Below are positions 47,520 through 49,415 of a DNA stretch of 49,415 nucleotides, in pieces (positions within the stretch are counted from its first letter, which is position 1; every line of letters starts with the position of its first letter). The notes below the pieces were generated by a model that searched no databases, had not been told where the DNA came from, and saw only the letters and a list, made by a program, of their open reading frames with translations. A program made the position numbers and the translations under genes. Where the stretch lies: assembly GCA_036172245.1 (NCBI GenBank), contig JAYWIR010000038.1, forward strand, positions 1,984,001 through 2,033,415. The letters run 5' to 3'. Origin of the DNA: Raillietiella orientalis (lineage: Eukaryota).

Positions 47520-49415
47520 GATGAATCAAATTGGGTATCCCCCTGAAGATGGAGAGTGCGCAGCTAGGATGATCCAGAAGTTGTATGTAATGGGTTAGAT
47601 ATGTCGAACTTCTAAATTTTGATCATGCTTTCCTGGTGGAGTTCCAATTATCTGCCTGTTCACTTGCACGACGGATCGCTCTGAAACCTTTTATCAAGGC
47701 GAAGAGCTGGAAAACCGTAGGGATACCATGCTCCCATCGGGATATATGCGGAAGCAATCTTGCGTTGAGACGGAACAGAAGTGCGTTCTGGCTCATCCAT
47801 CCATCTCACGTGCGAGAGTCCACCTCTCCAAGTCTCCGGCTGGTGAGAGTCTTATAAAATGAGCCCACAGGCAGGTAAGAAGCCTGCTGTTACTCCATTC
47901 AAAAGCGTCGCTGCAGATGCAGAAGCATTCGCGGCCTTCACTTCAGCTGCAAGCAAAAGGCTTGGCGGCTCCACGTCGGGATAGGTGGCTACGATCTCCT
48001 CGTGTGGTACCAAGCGTACCAGGATCAAGGGGAAGGATAGCACCTCGCAGATCCCCGGAGGGCGTTCCTCATTAGGCGTTGAGATGGCAGCTTCGCCCCG
48101 TAGTGGGTCAGATAGACAAAAACACGGTGCGAAGGAGGGAGGACACCAGTGGTTCCAGATAGCGGCCCATTCCGGTAAGTTGAACTTGCCATAGAGGAAC
48201 AGGCAAAGGGTCAACTCAGCCTTCTGAAAGCAGTCCGACCACGCTTCGGCAGCGCCGAAGACGCTCAACGAAATGCCAAGGTGTCTGAAGCACTTGCCCA
48301 TGGAAATCCTCAGCAGGATCCGGTCAGACTGTTCCCCCCCCCCACGACTCACTTGCCGGGACGACCTTGCACTTGCTCTTGTTGACGCGCATGGTCGCTC
48401 CCCGACAAATTAGCTCGAAGAAATCCTCGAGCCTGGACACCAGGGTGGGTGTGAACCGCAGTAGAGGCACGTAGGCGGCCGTGGCCGGCGTTCCCGGGTA
48501 CGAGATGGGCAGGTTAGACAGAGTCAGCCTGTAATCTCAGCAGCAACTCGAAGAAGATGCGGAGGAGCAGCGGGTTTAAGCTGTGGCTCTGCCTGATGCC
48601 TCTGCTCACGGGAATATCGCACACGTGGCAGCTGCTGAAAGAAACAGGTTAGGACGTGGCTCCATCAGGAGCGCAGGTAGACTTGGAGGTGTGCTGGAAG
48701 ACTGAGGCGTCCCAAAAGTTCCAAAAGAAGTTGACGCAGTCGAACGGCTTGTGGAGATCGACCGCGACCGCCAAGGCATCCGGCGTTCCCTCATGCCGGA
48801 GCAGCGACGTTTGCCTGCGGCAGCAGCTCTTTAGGCTGCCAGGCTTTGCTGCTCAACACGTTGCTGCAACTCGAGCCAGAAAAGGAGGTTCGCATCCACG
48901 AACCTCCCGAGAACAGCACAAATCTGCTCCGGACTTACCAGGGGCTCCGCGATCCTCCCTAAGCGCTACCCACAGCTTGGAGAACAAGTTGGCGTCCGTG
49001 TTCACTAAGCTGATCGGACGCCAGTTGGTGCGGTGGTGCAAGTCTTCTCCTTTCGGCAGGAGACGGACCTTCGCTGAGCAGAAGGAGACAGGACATCGTC
49101 CGTCTCCATCATCAGTGACGAGTGGCTCAGAACCTGGGCGGTGAGCTCCGCCGTGAAGCGCACTGGAAGAACTCCCCGGGCTGCCCATCCTCGCCCAACG
49201 CCTTTCGTCTCTTGAGTCCCGCGATGGCGGGAGAGATTTCCTTTGCCGGGCAGCGCTTGTCGAGGCGTGCGTGCTCCTCCTCGCCGACAGCAGGGACATC
49301 CCGCGATAGGAGCATCTCCGAGAGACTGCGCCCCCGAGTACGAAGAGGATTAGTAGCGCCTTACGATGAGGCGTACGTCCGCATCGTAAGGCGCTACTGA
49401 TCCTGGCAATCCGGG
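47520..49415 (-). mobile_element. Best-preserved L1/Tx1-like RT pseudogene, runs off the window end
   Basis: EISPAIAGLKRRKALGEDGQPGEFF (49127..49315), VRLLPKGEDLHHRTNWRPISLVNTDA (48853..49299), VAVDLHKPFDCVN (~48730-48770), RVNKSK (~48380), FRHLGISL (47852..48352); frameshifted. Confidence 0.9.
49346..49404. repeat. Near-perfect 23-bp inverted repeat
   Basis: AGGATTAGTAGCGCCTTACGATG ... CATCGTAAGGCGCTACTGATCCT, one T.G mismatch, 13-nt self-complementary-like loop. Confidence 0.95.

Overview
Eukaryotic, probably arthropod, genomic DNA. One intact host gene is supported: an 8-exon R3-subtype receptor protein tyrosine phosphatase (Ptp10D-like) at 1139-6745 (+), ~1522 aa, with a signal peptide, ~12 FN3 repeats, one TM helix and one PTP domain. 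Six of its seven introns are only 41-50 nt. Nearly all of the rest (1-500 and ~7.3-49.4 kb) is a mosaic of about 30 heavily decayed L1/Tx1-like non-LTR retrotransposon fragments on both strands (ORF1 zinc knuckle, APE endonuclease, RT, C-terminal zf-RVT). There is also a probable P-element/THAP9-like relic, a possible Tc1-like fragment and a tRNA-like Pol III head. No second host gene and no clearly novel biological system could be supported. The most interesting signals are a CpG-depletion boundary inside one exon, a possible isoform switch controlling a PDZ-binding tail, strong deletion shrinkage of the LINE relics, and recurrent locally templated palindromes. TE boundaries are approximate (roughly +/-100-200 nt) and come from manual recognition of degenerate motifs, not database searches.
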